DNA of 64,000 nt from Thermoanaerobaculia bacterium (lineage in GTDB: Bacteria > Acidobacteriota > Thermoanaerobaculia > UBA5066): NCBI GenBank assembly GCA_963809425.1, contig CAWEJK010000013.1:49359-113358 (forward strand). Direction: 5' to 3'. The notes under the pieces are model-generated. The model searched no databases. It saw only the letters and a program-made list of their open reading frames with translations, and had not been told where the DNA came from. Both the position numbers and the translations under genes were made by a program. Each line of letters starts with the position of its first letter. The stretch's first letter is position 1. This document shows, piece after piece, positions 19,223 through 28,617 of the stretch.

Positions 19223-19595
19223 ATGGCCAAGAGTCCTGATCGTCGAGGACAACCCCGCCAACATGACGCTGGCGGTCTTCCTGCTGCAGTCGGCGGGCCA
19301 CGACGGTGCTCAGCGCCAGCGGATGCCGAGGCCGGGCTGACGCTGGCGCGCGACGAGCAGCCCGACCTGATCCTGATGGACATCCAGCTCCCCGGCATGG
19401 ACGGCCTCGCAGGCCACCGCGCTGCTCAAGAAGGACGATGCGACGCGCGCCATCCCGGTGATCGCCCTGACCGCGCTGGCGATGAAGGGCGACGAGGAGC
19501 GCATTCGAGCCGCGGGCTGCGACGGCTACATCGCCAAGCCGATGCGCTATCAGGAATTTCTCGCGACCGTCGCGGCACAGCTGGCGCGCACATGA
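19223..19595 (+). pseudogene. single-domain response regulator (REC) with ~3 frameshifts
   Basis: The pieces RVLIVEDNPANMTLAVFLLQSAGH / DAEAGLTLARDEQPDLILMDIQLPGMDGLA / TALLKKDDATRAIPVIALTALAMKGDEERIRAAGCDGYIAKP lie in three frames. The terminal TGA overlaps the next ATG (19592-19595). Confidence 0.7.
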
Positions 19596-21601
19596 GCGTC
19601 GCGCCTCCGATGCCCCCGACGAGCCGGCGGCACGACCTGCCCGAGCACCAGGCGCGCGTGCTGATCGTGGACGACGAAGCGAAAAACAGAAAGCTCCTGG
19701 AGGTCATGCTCGCGCCGGAAGGATTTCTGATCCAGAGCGCCTCGAGCGGCGAGGAGGCGCTCGCCATCGTGGCGAAGCAACCGCCGGACCTCATCCTCCT
19801 CGACATCATGATGCCCGGCATGGACGGCTACGAGGTGGCAGGCCGAATCAAAGCCGACCCCACGACGAAGAACATTCCCATCATCATCGTCACCGCCCTG
19901 GACGATCGGGACGCCATGCTGCTCGGTCTGAGAGCCGGAGCCGAGGACTTTCTCACGAAGCCGGTGGATCGTGCCGAGCTGCGTGTGCGCGTGCGGAACC
20001 TTCTGCGCCTCAAGGCCTACGGCGACTACTACGACACGTACAGCCGGAAGCTCGAAGGCGAGGTGGGCTCGCGCACGGCCGACCTCGTCGAGAGTCTGCG
20101 TCTCTACCGATCGACGTTCGAGGCGGCGCCCGTCGGGATCGTGCACGTGGGTCTGGACGGCCGCTGGCTGCGCGTCAACCAGCGCCTGTGCGATCTCCTG
20201 GGATACGCGCGCGAGGAGCTGCTGACTGTTGCGATTCAGGAGAGCGTGCAGGGGCAGGAAGTGGACGGCGAGGACGCATGGTCCCGTCAGATGGCCGTGG
20301 GACCGCTGGACCGCCACGCGGCCGACGAAAAGCAATACCGGCGGAGAGACGGCACGTTCGTGCATGTCCGGGTCAACACGTCCGTCCATCGCGACGCGGA
20401 GGATCTGTCCCGGTTCTTCATCTCCGTCGTCGAGGACGTCACGGAGCAGCGACTCCTCGAGGCGCAGATCCAGCAAGCAGGCAAGATGGATGCGATCGGG
20501 CGCCTGGCCTCCGGCGTCGCGCACGATTTCAACAACCTTCTGACGGTGATTCTCGGCTTCGCGGCGATCGTGAACGAAGACGTCGCGATCGCCGAGAAGC
20601 ATGGAGGGGATCTCGGCGAGATCATCAAGGCCGCCGAGCGCGCCGCGGGTCTCACGAAACAGCTTCTCGCCTTCAGCCGCGAGCAGGTCCTGCACACCGC
20701 GCCGCTCGACGCGAACGGGCTCATCACGGACATGTCCGGAATGCTGAGGATGCTGATCGGCGAGAACATCACCGTCGCCCTTTCGCTGGCCCCCGATCTT
20801 CCCCTGGCGCTCGCGGACCGGGGCCAGATCGAGCAGGTCGTGATGAACCTCGTCGTCAATGCGAGAGACGCGATGCCCGACGGCGGAAAATTGACGATCG
20901 AAACGGCGGACGTCGAGCTGGGCTCCGCCTCCATTCTCAAGCGGGAGGTCGTTCCGGGGCACTACGTGATGCTCGCGATCACGGACACCGGCAGCGGAAT
21001 GACGAAGGAAACGCAGCGGCGGCTGTTCGAGCCGTTCTTCACGACCAAGGGAACGGGAAAGGGCACCGGGCTCGGCCTCTCGACGACGTACGGCATCGTC
21101 AAGCAGAGCAAGGGCCATATCTGGGTGTACAGCGAACCCGGTCTCGGGTCGACGTTCAAGGTCTACCTGCCCCGCGCGGATCGCGACGCTCCTCTGGTAT
21201 CCGTCAGCCCGCTCGTCGCCGCCGTCAAACCGGCCACCGAGACCATTCTCCTCGTCGACGACGATGCCGGCGTGCGCCAGCTCTCGAAGCGGATCCTCGA
21301 AAGAGTCGGCTATCGGGTTCTGGAGGCGTCGAACGGGAACGACGCCGAGAAACTATTCGGAACCCAGGCCGACGCGATCGATCTGCTCGTGACGGACATG
21401 ATCATGCCGGGCTGCGGCGGCCCCGAGCTGCTGAAACGACTTCGCGTTCGGGCACCCGCGCTCCGGGCGCTGTACATGTCCGGCTACACCGAACAATCCG
21501 CGGTGGACCAGACCGGAATCGATCATGGCCTCCCGTTCGTCCAGAAGCCCTTCACGGCTGCAGTGTTCGCGCAGCAGGTGCGCGGGGCCCTGGATCGCTG
21601 A
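19592..21601 (+). CDS. hybrid histidine kinase (REC-PAS-HisKA-HATPase-REC), intact
   Basis: 669 aa from ATG 19592. REC (RVLIVDDEAKNRKLL...DIMMPGMDGYEV), PAS, H-box (LASGVAHDFNNLLTVILGF), HATPase (ITDTGSGMTKETQRRLFEPFFTTK, GTGLGLSTTYGIV), C-terminal REC. Confidence 0.9.
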   Translation: MSVAPPMPPTSRRHDLPEHQARVLIVDDEAKNRKLLEVMLAPEGFLIQSASSGEEALAIVAKQPPDLILLDIMMPGMDGYEVAGRIKADPTTKNIPIIIVTALDDRDAMLLGLRAGAEDFLTKPVDRAELRVRVRNLLRLKAYGDYYDTYSRKLEGEVGSRTADLVESLRLYRSTFEAAPVGIVHVGLDGRWLRVNQRLCDLLGYAREELLTVAIQESVQGQEVDGEDAWSRQMAVGPLDRHAADEKQYRRRDGTFVHVRVNTSVHRDAEDLSRFFISVVEDVTEQRLLEAQIQQAGKMDAIGRLASGVAHDFNNLLTVILGFAAIVNEDVAIAEKHGGDLGEIIKAAERAAGLTKQLLAFSREQVLHTAPLDANGLITDMSGMLRMLIGENITVALSLAPDLPLALADRGQIEQVVMNLVVNARDAMPDGGKLTIETADVELGSASILKREVVPGHYVMLAITDTGSGMTKETQRRLFEPFFTTKGTGKGTGLGLSTTYGIVKQSKGHIWVYSEPGLGSTFKVYLPRADRDAPLVSVSPLVAAVKPATETILLVDDDAGVRQLSKRILERVGYRVLEASNGNDAEKLFGTQADAIDLLVTDMIMPGCGGPELLKRLRVRAPALRALYMSGYTEQSAVDQTGIDHGLPFVQKPFTAAVFAQQVRGALDR

Positions 21602-21643
21602 GTCACGTCGCCCATCGTGGCGGCTTTCAAGGAGCGATCAACG

Positions 21644-22816
21644 ATGAGCAAGAGTCTTTCCTCCCTCCTCCTCCTCGCCCTCGCTTTTTCCCTCGCGGTA
21701 CCCCCGCGGCGCGCGGACGCAAGCGGCAGCGTCAGCATCTCGTTCTTCTACGACGAGCTGCGCCCTCACGGTGACTGGATCACGGTGAAGAGCTACGGCC
21801 ATTGCTGGCGCCCCCGCGGAATCGATCGGAGCTGGCAACCTTATCTGAACGGGGAGTGGCTCTACACCGAGATCGGCTGGACCTGGGTGTCGAGCGACCC
21901 GTGGGGCGGTGACCCGTACCACTACGGCACGTGGGCCTGGTCGAGCGTCTACGGCTGGGTCTGGATCCCGGGCACCATCTGGGCTCCGGCGTGGGTGACG
22001 TGGTACGTCGGCGACAGCGACATCGGATGGGCGCCGGTCCCGCCTTCGTTCAATGTCGGGATCTCCGGCTACCTCGGGCCCCCGGTGACCGTCTCGCGCT
22101 CGTCGTACATCTTCGTGCCCGCGACGCAGTTCGTCGGCGTGAACGTGGGGACGGTGCGACTCCCCGCGGCACGGAACGCCGCCCTCCTCGCACGTGCCAG
22201 GCCCGTGACACGGTTCGCCGCCTCGGGCGGCGTGCTGACGAGCGGCGGCCCTACGATCGCGCAGGTGGAGCGCGCCACGCAACGGAAGATCGCGAGAGTC
22301 AGTGTCGGGGACGCGCGCACGAAGGCCGTGCCGCTCGCCGACGGGTTCCGGGGCCGGCGGGGCAACGTGATTGCGCCGGCCGCCGAGAGAGCGAAGTTCA
22401 TCGCGCCGCCGCGTGCGCCGAAAGGCGCACGCGAGGCATCGCCCGCGTCGCGGCCGAGGGCGACGGTGAAGCACGAAGGCTCGCCGGCCGCGAAAGAGCG
22501 CGCCGTGCCCCGTGAGCAGACCGCGCCGGCGCCCGTGCGCGTGAAGCCCGCGAATACGCGGAAGGAGCACGCCCGGACGGAGGGGCCTGCGGAGTCGATC
22601 GCGAAGCCGGCCCCTCCCGCGCGCGAGCGGCACGACGCGCCCGCTCCCCGCGTCGAGGGCGTCCGTCCACCGCACGTCGCGGCGCCTGCGAACCAGGCGC
22701 CACCCCCGCAGGCGGCGCCGCAGGGTGAGAAACACGGGCCCGACGCGGCTTCACCTCAGGGCAAGGCTCACGAGCCGAAGGACGAGAAAGGCGGCAAGAA
22801 AGACAAGAAGGACTAA
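21644..22816 (+). CDS. secreted Trp/Tyr-rich protein with Pro/Lys-rich C-terminal tail
   Basis: ATG 21644 follows AAGGAG. Signal peptide MSKSLSSLLLLALAFSLA. W-rich core (GDWITVKSYGHCWRP...WTWVSSDPWGGDPYHYGTWAWSSVYGWVWIPGTIWAPAWVTWY). Low-complexity tail ending KDEKGGKKDKKD. It resembles DUF6600-like proteins, by eye only. Confidence 0.7.
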   Translation: MSKSLSSLLLLALAFSLAVPPRRADASGSVSISFFYDELRPHGDWITVKSYGHCWRPRGIDRSWQPYLNGEWLYTEIGWTWVSSDPWGGDPYHYGTWAWSSVYGWVWIPGTIWAPAWVTWYVGDSDIGWAPVPPSFNVGISGYLGPPVTVSRSSYIFVPATQFVGVNVGTVRLPAARNAALLARARPVTRFAASGGVLTSGGPTIAQVERATQRKIARVSVGDARTKAVPLADGFRGRRGNVIAPAAERAKFIAPPRAPKGAREASPASRPRATVKHEGSPAAKERAVPREQTAPAPVRVKPANTRKEHARTEGPAESIAKPAPPARERHDAPAPRVEGVRPPHVAAPANQAPPPQAAPQGEKHGPDAASPQGKAHEPKDEKGGKKDKKD

Positions 22817-22838
22817 CAGGACCGGCACGTTTTCCCGG

Positions 22839-23495
22839 CTACTTCATCGACCTCGACGACATCTGACCCGTCATGTTCGAGAGCGCGAGGAGCGCGACGT
22901 CGATGCTCTGCGCGACCCTGGCTCCCTTTTCGTTGGCGCCCTGGGCGACCGCCGTGTTCCCGACGAGCGACTGACCGGCGGGGGTGAGGTCGTTGCCGAG
23001 GACCTTCTGGACGTCACCGAGATTGCTCAGGAACGGGTCGAATGTCTCGGTCGCGACCGTCAGCGACTCGATGACCCGGTCCAGGTTCGCCCTGACCTCC
23101 GAGCGGCGGGAGTCGCCGAGCTGCCGGAGCTCCGGGTCGCTCACGCGGCCCTGCTCCCTGCCCCACACCGCGATGTAGTCGTTTTTCTTCGTCTTCATGC
23201 TCTGAAACCGCTTCTTCGTCTCCACGGCATCGGCTCGCAGCCTGTCGACGTCCTTGCTGTACTTGCCGTAGGTCGGCCGGAGCCGCTCCGGGCTCGCGTT
23301 CATCACTTCGCCCAGGGACGCCAACGTCTGGTCGATCTGCGTGCGCACCTTCGCGAGGCCCGCGTGGGTCTCCTCCATCGTCTCGACCGCCTTCGCGGAG
23401 CGGGAAGGGCCGCTCGATGCGCAGGCGATGAGTCCCAGAACAAGGGTGCCCGATCCGAGGCCCAGCAATGCGGTCGAGAAGGGATTGCGTTTCAT
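22839..23495 (-). CDS. lipoprotein, DUF2959-like
   Basis: 218-aa ORF with lipobox LGLIAC. Helical, with KYSKDVDRLRADAVETKKRFQSMK...DYIAVWGRE resembling DUF2959. Sigma-54-type promoter at 23524-23538. Confidence 0.7.
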   Translation of the reverse strand: MKRNPFSTALLGLGSGTLVLGLIACASSGPSRSAKAVETMEETHAGLAKVRTQIDQTLASLGEVMNASPERLRPTYGKYSKDVDRLRADAVETKKRFQSMKTKKNDYIAVWGREQGRVSDPELRQLGDSRRSEVRANLDRVIESLTVATETFDPFLSNLGDVQKVLGNDLTPAGQSLVGNTAVAQGANEKGARVAQSIDVALLALSNMTGQMSSRSMK

Positions 23496-23523
23496 GGTGA
23501 CCTCCAGCTTTCACGTCGGCCTT

Positions 23524-23538
23524 GCAAGGGCGCGGCCA
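23524..23538 (-). promoter_or_regulatory. sigma-54-type promoter (TGGCCG-cgccc-TTGC)
   Basis: Read on the minus strand. The -12 GC is 29 nt from ATG 23495, with GGAGG in between. Confidence 0.6.
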
Positions 23539-23587
23539 ACGAAATCGCGAGGGCTTGCGCCTTGCCCGGGCCCCCCGCCGCGAGCGA

Positions 23588-24733
23588 TCACCGGCGATCG
23601 AAGATCTCCTTCGCGATGATGAGCCGCTGGATCTGGCTCGTCCCTTCGTAGATCTGGTAGATCTTCGCGTCGCGCATCAGCTTTTCGACCGGGTACTCCT
23701 GCGAATAACCGTACCCGCCGAAGACCTGTACGGCGTCGGTCGCGACGCGCATCGCGACGTCGGCCGCGAAGGCCTTCGCGAAGGCGGCCAGCTTCGTGTT
23801 GCGGCGGCCGTTGTCGATGGCCCAGGCCGCCTGCCAGACGAGCAGGCGCGCCGCCTCGACGTCCTTGGCCATGTCCGCGATCATGAAGCTCACGGCCTGG
23901 TATTTCGCGATCGGCTGGCCGAACGTCGACCGCTCGGTCGCGTACTTGACGGCCTCGTCCATGGCGCGGCGGGCCAGACCCACGGCCCCCGACGAGACGG
24001 TCGGGCGCGTGTGGTCGAAAGCGCTCATCGCGATCTTGAAGCCGTCGCCTTCCTTGCCCAGAAGGCACTTCGCCGGGATCTTCACGTCCTCGAACGTGAT
24101 CGCCCGCGTGTCGCTCGCGCGCTGCCCGAGGTTCTTCTCCTTCTTCCCCACCGTGATGCCGGGCGTGTCGCGCGGAACGATGAACCCCGACATTCCGCGG
24201 TGCCTGGCGGAGGGGTCCGTGTAGGCGAGAAGGAAGTACCAGTTCGCGACGCTCGCATTCGTGATCCACATCTTCTCGCCGTTGATCACGTAGTCGTCGC
24301 CGACGCGCTTCGCGGAAGTCCTGATTCCGGCCACGTCGGAGCCGGCCCCCGGTTCGGTCACGCAGTAGGCCGCGAGGAGGAAATCTTTCGTCAACCGGCC
24401 GAGGAACTCTCTCTTCTGCTCCTCGTCGCCCGCGACGATGACGGGCGCCGCGGCGAGGCCGTTCGCTTCCAGTGCGGTGGCGATGCCCGTGCACCCGTAC
24501 GCGAGCTCCTCCGTGATGAGGCAGCCGTCCAGGACGCCCAGCCCCGCACCGCCGTACTCGGCGGGGACGTGCGTGTTCATCAGCCCGATCTCCCACGCTT
24601 TCCGTACGATCTCGCGCGGGAACTCGCCCGTCAGATCGTGGGCCGCCGCGTTCGGGATGATCTCTTCCCGGGCGAACTTTCGGGCCAGCTCCTGGAGCTG
24701 GACCTGCTCTTCGGTCAGCGAAAAATCGATCAT
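23588..24733 (-). CDS. acyl-CoA dehydrogenase (short/medium-chain type)
   Basis: 381-aa ORF with full-length ACAD similarity ([17 protein letters not shown]...[11 protein letters not shown]...[16 protein letters not shown]). Confidence 0.92.
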   Translation of the reverse strand: MIDFSLTEEQVQLQELARKFAREEIIPNAAAHDLTGEFPREIVRKAWEIGLMNTHVPAEYGGAGLGVLDGCLITEELAYGCTGIATALEANGLAAAPVIVAGDEEQKREFLGRLTKDFLLAAYCVTEPGAGSDVAGIRTSAKRVGDDYVINGEKMWITNASVANWYFLLAYTDPSARHRGMSGFIVPRDTPGITVGKKEKNLGQRASDTRAITFEDVKIPAKCLLGKEGDGFKIAMSAFDHTRPTVSSGAVGLARRAMDEAVKYATERSTFGQPIAKYQAVSFMIADMAKDVEAARLLVWQAAWAIDNGRRNTKLAAFAKAFAADVAMRVATDAVQVFGGYGYSQEYPVEKLMRDAKIYQIYEGTSQIQRLIIAKEIFDRR

Positions 24734-24808
24734 GTTCGCGCTCCGTTTGCGAACGGCATCTTACCCGCGGGTCCGGGATCCCTCTGGCGGCGGAGCCCCC
24801 GCCGCTCT

Positions 24809-25291
24809 ATGCTTGCCGTGAGGAGGGGCCCGCTCTTGCTGATGGCCCTCGCCCTTCTCGCAGCGATCGACGCCGTTCCGTCACCTGCGGTCTCTCTGAC
24901 CTTCACGGGAGAGACCTCGAGACCGCCGGTCAGCGCCGCGCGCCGCAGCCTGTCGGATGTCGCGCGCGAGCTCCGCGAGGGCAGGAAAGCCATCGGAGGT
25001 TTTTCGGCGGTCGAAAGCACGGTGCCTCAGAGCAGGATCGCCTTCCTCCCGGTATTTGAACCGGAGCCGGACAGGGCGGAGCCCGAGGTCGTCGTCGAGC
25101 CGCCGCCGGTGTACGTTCCGGCCTACATCCCCGTGTGGGTCGGAGGCGGCCAGAGGAGCGGCCGCCTCCACGGGCGCCCGGCCGCTCGTCTCGTCGCTCC
25201 CAGGGCCATGCCGCCGCCCCCCCGTCGCCTCTCCGCACCGCCGACGTTCCAGCCGCGTCACTCTGCGTCCGGACACTTCCGCCAACGCTGA
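24809..25291 (+). CDS. hypothetical secreted Pro-rich protein
   Basis: 160 aa from ATG 24809. N-terminal hydrophobic segment LLLMALALLAAIDA. No recognisable domain. Coding status rests only on the ORF and the signal-like N-terminus. Confidence 0.35.
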   Translation: MLAVRRGPLLLMALALLAAIDAVPSPAVSLTFTGETSRPPVSAARRSLSDVARELREGRKAIGGFSAVESTVPQSRIAFLPVFEPEPDRAEPEVVVEPPPVYVPAYIPVWVGGGQRSGRLHGRPAARLVAPRAMPPPPRRLSAPPTFQPRHSASGHFRQR

Positions 25292-25333
25292 CGAAGACGC
25301 CGTCGATCGGCGCGGCGACGCTCCACCCGCGAG

Positions 25334-26863
25334 CTACTGGGGATGCGCGCCCGTCACGTAAATGCCGTCCCCGGTCTTGTTGTCGACGACCGTCGAGTAG
25401 ACGAAGAGCGGTCCGTCTGTCGTGTAGGTGACGTAGAAGTCGTCCCAGGAGACGTCGCCCGGCACCGTGGTCGCGATCAGGTCGAAGACGGCCTTTTGGT
25501 CCCTGGCGAAGCCCGCGATCGTGACGCTGCCCGAGGTTCCGATCAATGTTCCGTCGTTCCGAAGCGCCTTGAAGGTCGCTTTCACCGGGTTGGACGTGGG
25601 GTTGAAATAACCGATGTTCGTCCGGAAGCCGACCTTCGCGGCGATGCCGCTCGGGGAGGCGTTGGAAAGCAGACCGAGCGTCCCGTTGATCGGGGCGTCC
25701 GTCAGGACGGAGGCGGGCACGAGGAGACCGTTCGTTCCAGCCCCGAGCGGGCGCTGGTCGTTCAGCACGCGGGAGGTGACGACCACCGGAATGTTCGACG
25801 TCAACCGGAGACTTCCCAATCCGCTCCCTCCGAAGAGCCCGCCAAGCGCGTCGTTGTAAACAGCCTGGGACGCGGCCAGGACCGGCACCGTGATCGTGCT
25901 CGCCGGACCCGTCGCGCCTGTCGTACCGGTCGTGGAGGCGAAGAACTCGACGAAGACGTTCGCCGTCGTTCCTGTCGTGTTCACGATCCGGAGGTCCGAG
26001 ACGAACGACGTGCTGTTCAGGCCTCCCGCCTTGACGACGGTCGGGATGTACGTGGTGACGGGGGTCGTCGCGTTCAGCACGCCCCTGACGGCGCCGCCGG
26101 GGAATTCGACGGTATGGAAGTTCACGTAGAAGCCCGCCGGGTTCGAGAGGATCTCGTTCGAGAGCGTCTGCGTTATCGTGGTCGTTCCCGCCGAGACTCC
26201 GTTGACGAAGGGCGCGGGGAACGGGACGACGACTGGGCCAGAGGAACCCAGCAGTCCGCGGTGGATGTGGGCCGCAACCGGCGACGACGCGAGGCCCTGA
26301 ACGATGAGCGTGTAGTTGACCGTGGTCCCGCTGATCGAAATGAGGGCGACACCGCCGCCGTCCACGGAGCCGGCTGCAGGCGCCTCCCCGGCCCCGGAAA
26401 GGGCCGTCACGAAGGAGGCCGTCGGCTGCGGGGCCGGCCCGAGCTGGCCGCGCAACGCGCCCGCGGGAAACTCGACCGTGTGGACGTTGACGTAGTAGCT
26501 CGACGGGTTCGCGAGCAGATCCGTCACGTCGCTCAGCGCCGCCGTGGTCGTTCCCGTCGCGAATCCATTCGTGAACGTCGGAGCATGGAAGTCGATGACG
26601 ACCGCGCCCGAGGCGCCGGCGGCCGACTTGTGAATGTGCGCGAGCGTGGGTGTGGTGATTCCCTTGACGAGGATCGAGAACGAGACGCTCGTTCCCTTGA
26701 TCGTGATCACGGCGACACCGCTTCCATCTGGCGAACCTGAGCCGGCCGGAAACTCCGCCGCGCCCGTCATCGCCGTGCCGAACGTCTGGGCGAGGGCGCC
26801 GAGGGGTGTCGCGACCAACAAAGTCAGCGCCAGGACGCCTGGGCGAAAGATCGAAGTTCTCAT
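25334..26863 (-). CDS. secreted protein: 2 x CHRD domains + ~240-aa uncharacterised beta-rich C-terminal domain
   Basis: ATG 26863 follows GGAGG. Signal peptide. Two CHRD repeats (AHIHKSAAGASGAVVIDF...YYVNVHTVEFPAGALRGQL; AHIHRGLLGSSGPVVVPF...FYVNFHTVEFPGGAVRGVL). The C-terminal domain is homologous to the N-terminus of the divergent neighbour. Confidence 0.8.
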   Translation of the reverse strand: MRTSIFRPGVLALTLLVATPLGALAQTFGTAMTGAAEFPAGSGSPDGSGVAVITIKGTSVSFSILVKGITTPTLAHIHKSAAGASGAVVIDFHAPTFTNGFATGTTTAALSDVTDLLANPSSYYVNVHTVEFPAGALRGQLGPAPQPTASFVTALSGAGEAPAAGSVDGGGVALISISGTTVNYTLIVQGLASSPVAAHIHRGLLGSSGPVVVPFPAPFVNGVSAGTTTITQTLSNEILSNPAGFYVNFHTVEFPGGAVRGVLNATTPVTTYIPTVVKAGGLNSTSFVSDLRIVNTTGTTANVFVEFFASTTGTTGATGPASTITVPVLAASQAVYNDALGGLFGGSGLGSLRLTSNIPVVVTSRVLNDQRPLGAGTNGLLVPASVLTDAPINGTLGLLSNASPSGIAAKVGFRTNIGYFNPTSNPVKATFKALRNDGTLIGTSGSVTIAGFARDQKAVFDLIATTVPGDVSWDDFYVTYTTDGPLFVYSTVVDNKTGDGIYVTGAHPQ

Positions 26864-26914
26864 GTCTCCTGTCCTCCAGAGATTGAGTCTAAATCCAATT
26901 GTGGGCGACAGGCT

Positions 26915-26930
26915 TGTGACACGGCTCACA
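26915..26930. promoter_or_regulatory. CRP/FNR-family-type palindrome TGTGA-cacggc-TCACA
   Basis: Perfect TGTGA-N6-TCACA in the divergent intergenic region. 52 nt upstream of the CHRD gene start. Confidence 0.5.
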
Positions 26931-27011
26931 CACGGTGTTGATCGGCCATTCCTCTTGAGGCACGCTCCCTGACGTGGAGCGCCATCGCCACCCGGAGAGG
27001 GCGCGGGCCGA

Positions 27012-27026
27012 CGGCGCGATCGTTGC
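27012..27026 (+). promoter_or_regulatory. sigma-54-type promoter candidate (cGGCGC-gatcg-TTGC)
   Basis: Correct spacing, and the -12 GC is 29 nt from ATG 27055. The -24 element is GGCGC rather than GGCAC. Confidence 0.45.
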
Positions 27027-27054
27027 TTCCGTCGGGATGAAAGGGAGGTCCTAG

Positions 27055-28434
27055 ATGCTCATGACTCGGAACGTGCGTCCGGCAGTCCGGTCACTCGTAG
27101 CCGCCCTCGCGGCTCTCGCACCAATGACCGTTGCCGCCGACGTCGTGGTCCCGTCGTCCGCGTTCTCGGCCGGGAAGAACAGCGCGGAGTTTCACTCCGA
27201 CGCGCGCGTCTTCAACCCGACGAACGCCCCGGTCAACGTCACACCCGTCTTCTACCGCTCGGACGCCGGCGGAAACGTCCTCGACACGGTGGCGATGCCG
27301 GTCGTCACGATCGGCCCGCGCCAGCAGATCGCTTACGACAACGTGCTGCAGAGCCTCTTCGGCCAGGCGATCGGCGTGTTCGGCCCGATCCGCTTCCAGT
27401 CGACGGGCACGCTCCTCGTTTCGTCGAACGTGAACAACGTGAACGGCTGCGGCAACGGCTCCACGTCCGGCCAGTGGCTTCCGGGCATTGACACGAGCCA
27501 GGCGCTCAGGGCCGGCACGCTCGTGCAGCTCGCCGCGAGCGCGGACGCCGCGACCGGCTATCGCAGCAACCTCGACTTCATGAACCCCGGAACGGCCGCG
27601 GCAAACGTGACGGCCACGATCCGGAAAGGCGACGGAACGCAGCTTTCGCACGCCACGATCTCCGTCGGCCCGAACGGTCTCGTCCAGAGGGCGATCGACG
27701 ACGGCGGCGTCTTCCCCGGCGTGGCCGGAACCACGGACACGAACCTATGGATGGAGTTCACGAGCGACGTGCCGGTCCTCGTCTTCGCCTCCGTCATCAA
27801 CAACGCCTCGGGTGATCCGTTCGCGATCGTGATGACGGCCGAGCCTTCGGTCGGCGGGGCCGCGCCTGTGGCGTCGTACACCGTGTCGGACCTCCCGGCG
27901 ACGGGCCAGCCGGTGACGTTCACCGACACGTCGTCGAACGCGCCCGTGAACCGCTTCTGGGCGTTCGGGGACGGGGCGTTCAGCGCGTCCGGACCGAGCG
28001 TGACCCAGCACGCGTATACCGCGCCCGGCACCTACAAGTCGGCTCTCTTCGTGGACAACGCGAGCGGCTCGAGCAGCGCGTTCAAGGACGTCGTCGTCAC
28101 GACGGCCGGACCGCTCGCGGTCGGAATCAGCGCGACGACGACCGGCGGCACGCTCTGGACGTACGCGCCCAACAACGTGAACTTGAAGGTCGGCCAACCC
28201 TACGTGATCACGTGGACGACACCCGCCGCCGAGGCGACGCAGCACGGGATGGGCGGGCTGGAGGTGCTCGGGATCGCCGGGTGCGACCCGATCAGCGCGA
28301 CGCTCCCCTGCATTCGGAGCTTCACGCCCACCGCCGGTCAGGTCGGCGTTTGGTCGTACGCGTGTACGCACACGGCCTGCGGGACGGTGAGCCAGCACGG
28401 CGGGATGACGGGGACGATCACGATCGCGCCGTGA
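27055..28434 (+). CDS. secreted protein: uncharacterised beta-rich domain + PKD domain + cupredoxin-like domain
   Basis: 459-aa ORF with a signal peptide. PKD-like segment (VTFTDTSSNAPVNRFWAFGDG...HAYTAPGTYKSALFV). C-terminal cupredoxin-like ligand pattern (QHGMGG...YACTHTACGTVSQHGGMTGTITI). Confidence 0.75.
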   Translation: MLMTRNVRPAVRSLVAALAALAPMTVAADVVVPSSAFSAGKNSAEFHSDARVFNPTNAPVNVTPVFYRSDAGGNVLDTVAMPVVTIGPRQQIAYDNVLQSLFGQAIGVFGPIRFQSTGTLLVSSNVNNVNGCGNGSTSGQWLPGIDTSQALRAGTLVQLAASADAATGYRSNLDFMNPGTAAANVTATIRKGDGTQLSHATISVGPNGLVQRAIDDGGVFPGVAGTTDTNLWMEFTSDVPVLVFASVINNASGDPFAIVMTAEPSVGGAAPVASYTVSDLPATGQPVTFTDTSSNAPVNRFWAFGDGAFSASGPSVTQHAYTAPGTYKSALFVDNASGSSSAFKDVVVTTAGPLAVGISATTTGGTLWTYAPNNVNLKVGQPYVITWTTPAAEATQHGMGGLEVLGIAGCDPISATLPCIRSFTPTAGQVGVWSYACTHTACGTVSQHGGMTGTITIAP

Positions 28435-28617
28435 GGACGGCCTCCCCGGTTGCCAGCGTTCGTATACGGGGTCCGCGTGACGCGGTAACGCGGGGTTGCT
28501 GCCCGTCACCGCGGAGCAGCCACGCGTTGGCGCGTTTCGCCACTACAATGGCGCGTTCTGCTAATGACCTGCCGCCCTGGGCGCCCTACCTTGTACCCCG
28601 CCGGGAGGCACCCAGAA

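Noticed and set aside
15179-19410. Frameshifts as programmed ribosomal frameshifting or transcriptional slippage sites.
   Set aside because: No slippery heptamer with a downstream structure recurs at the sites. The shifts go in both directions, and the ones I could resolve are in simple homopolymers. Error or decay is more parsimonious.
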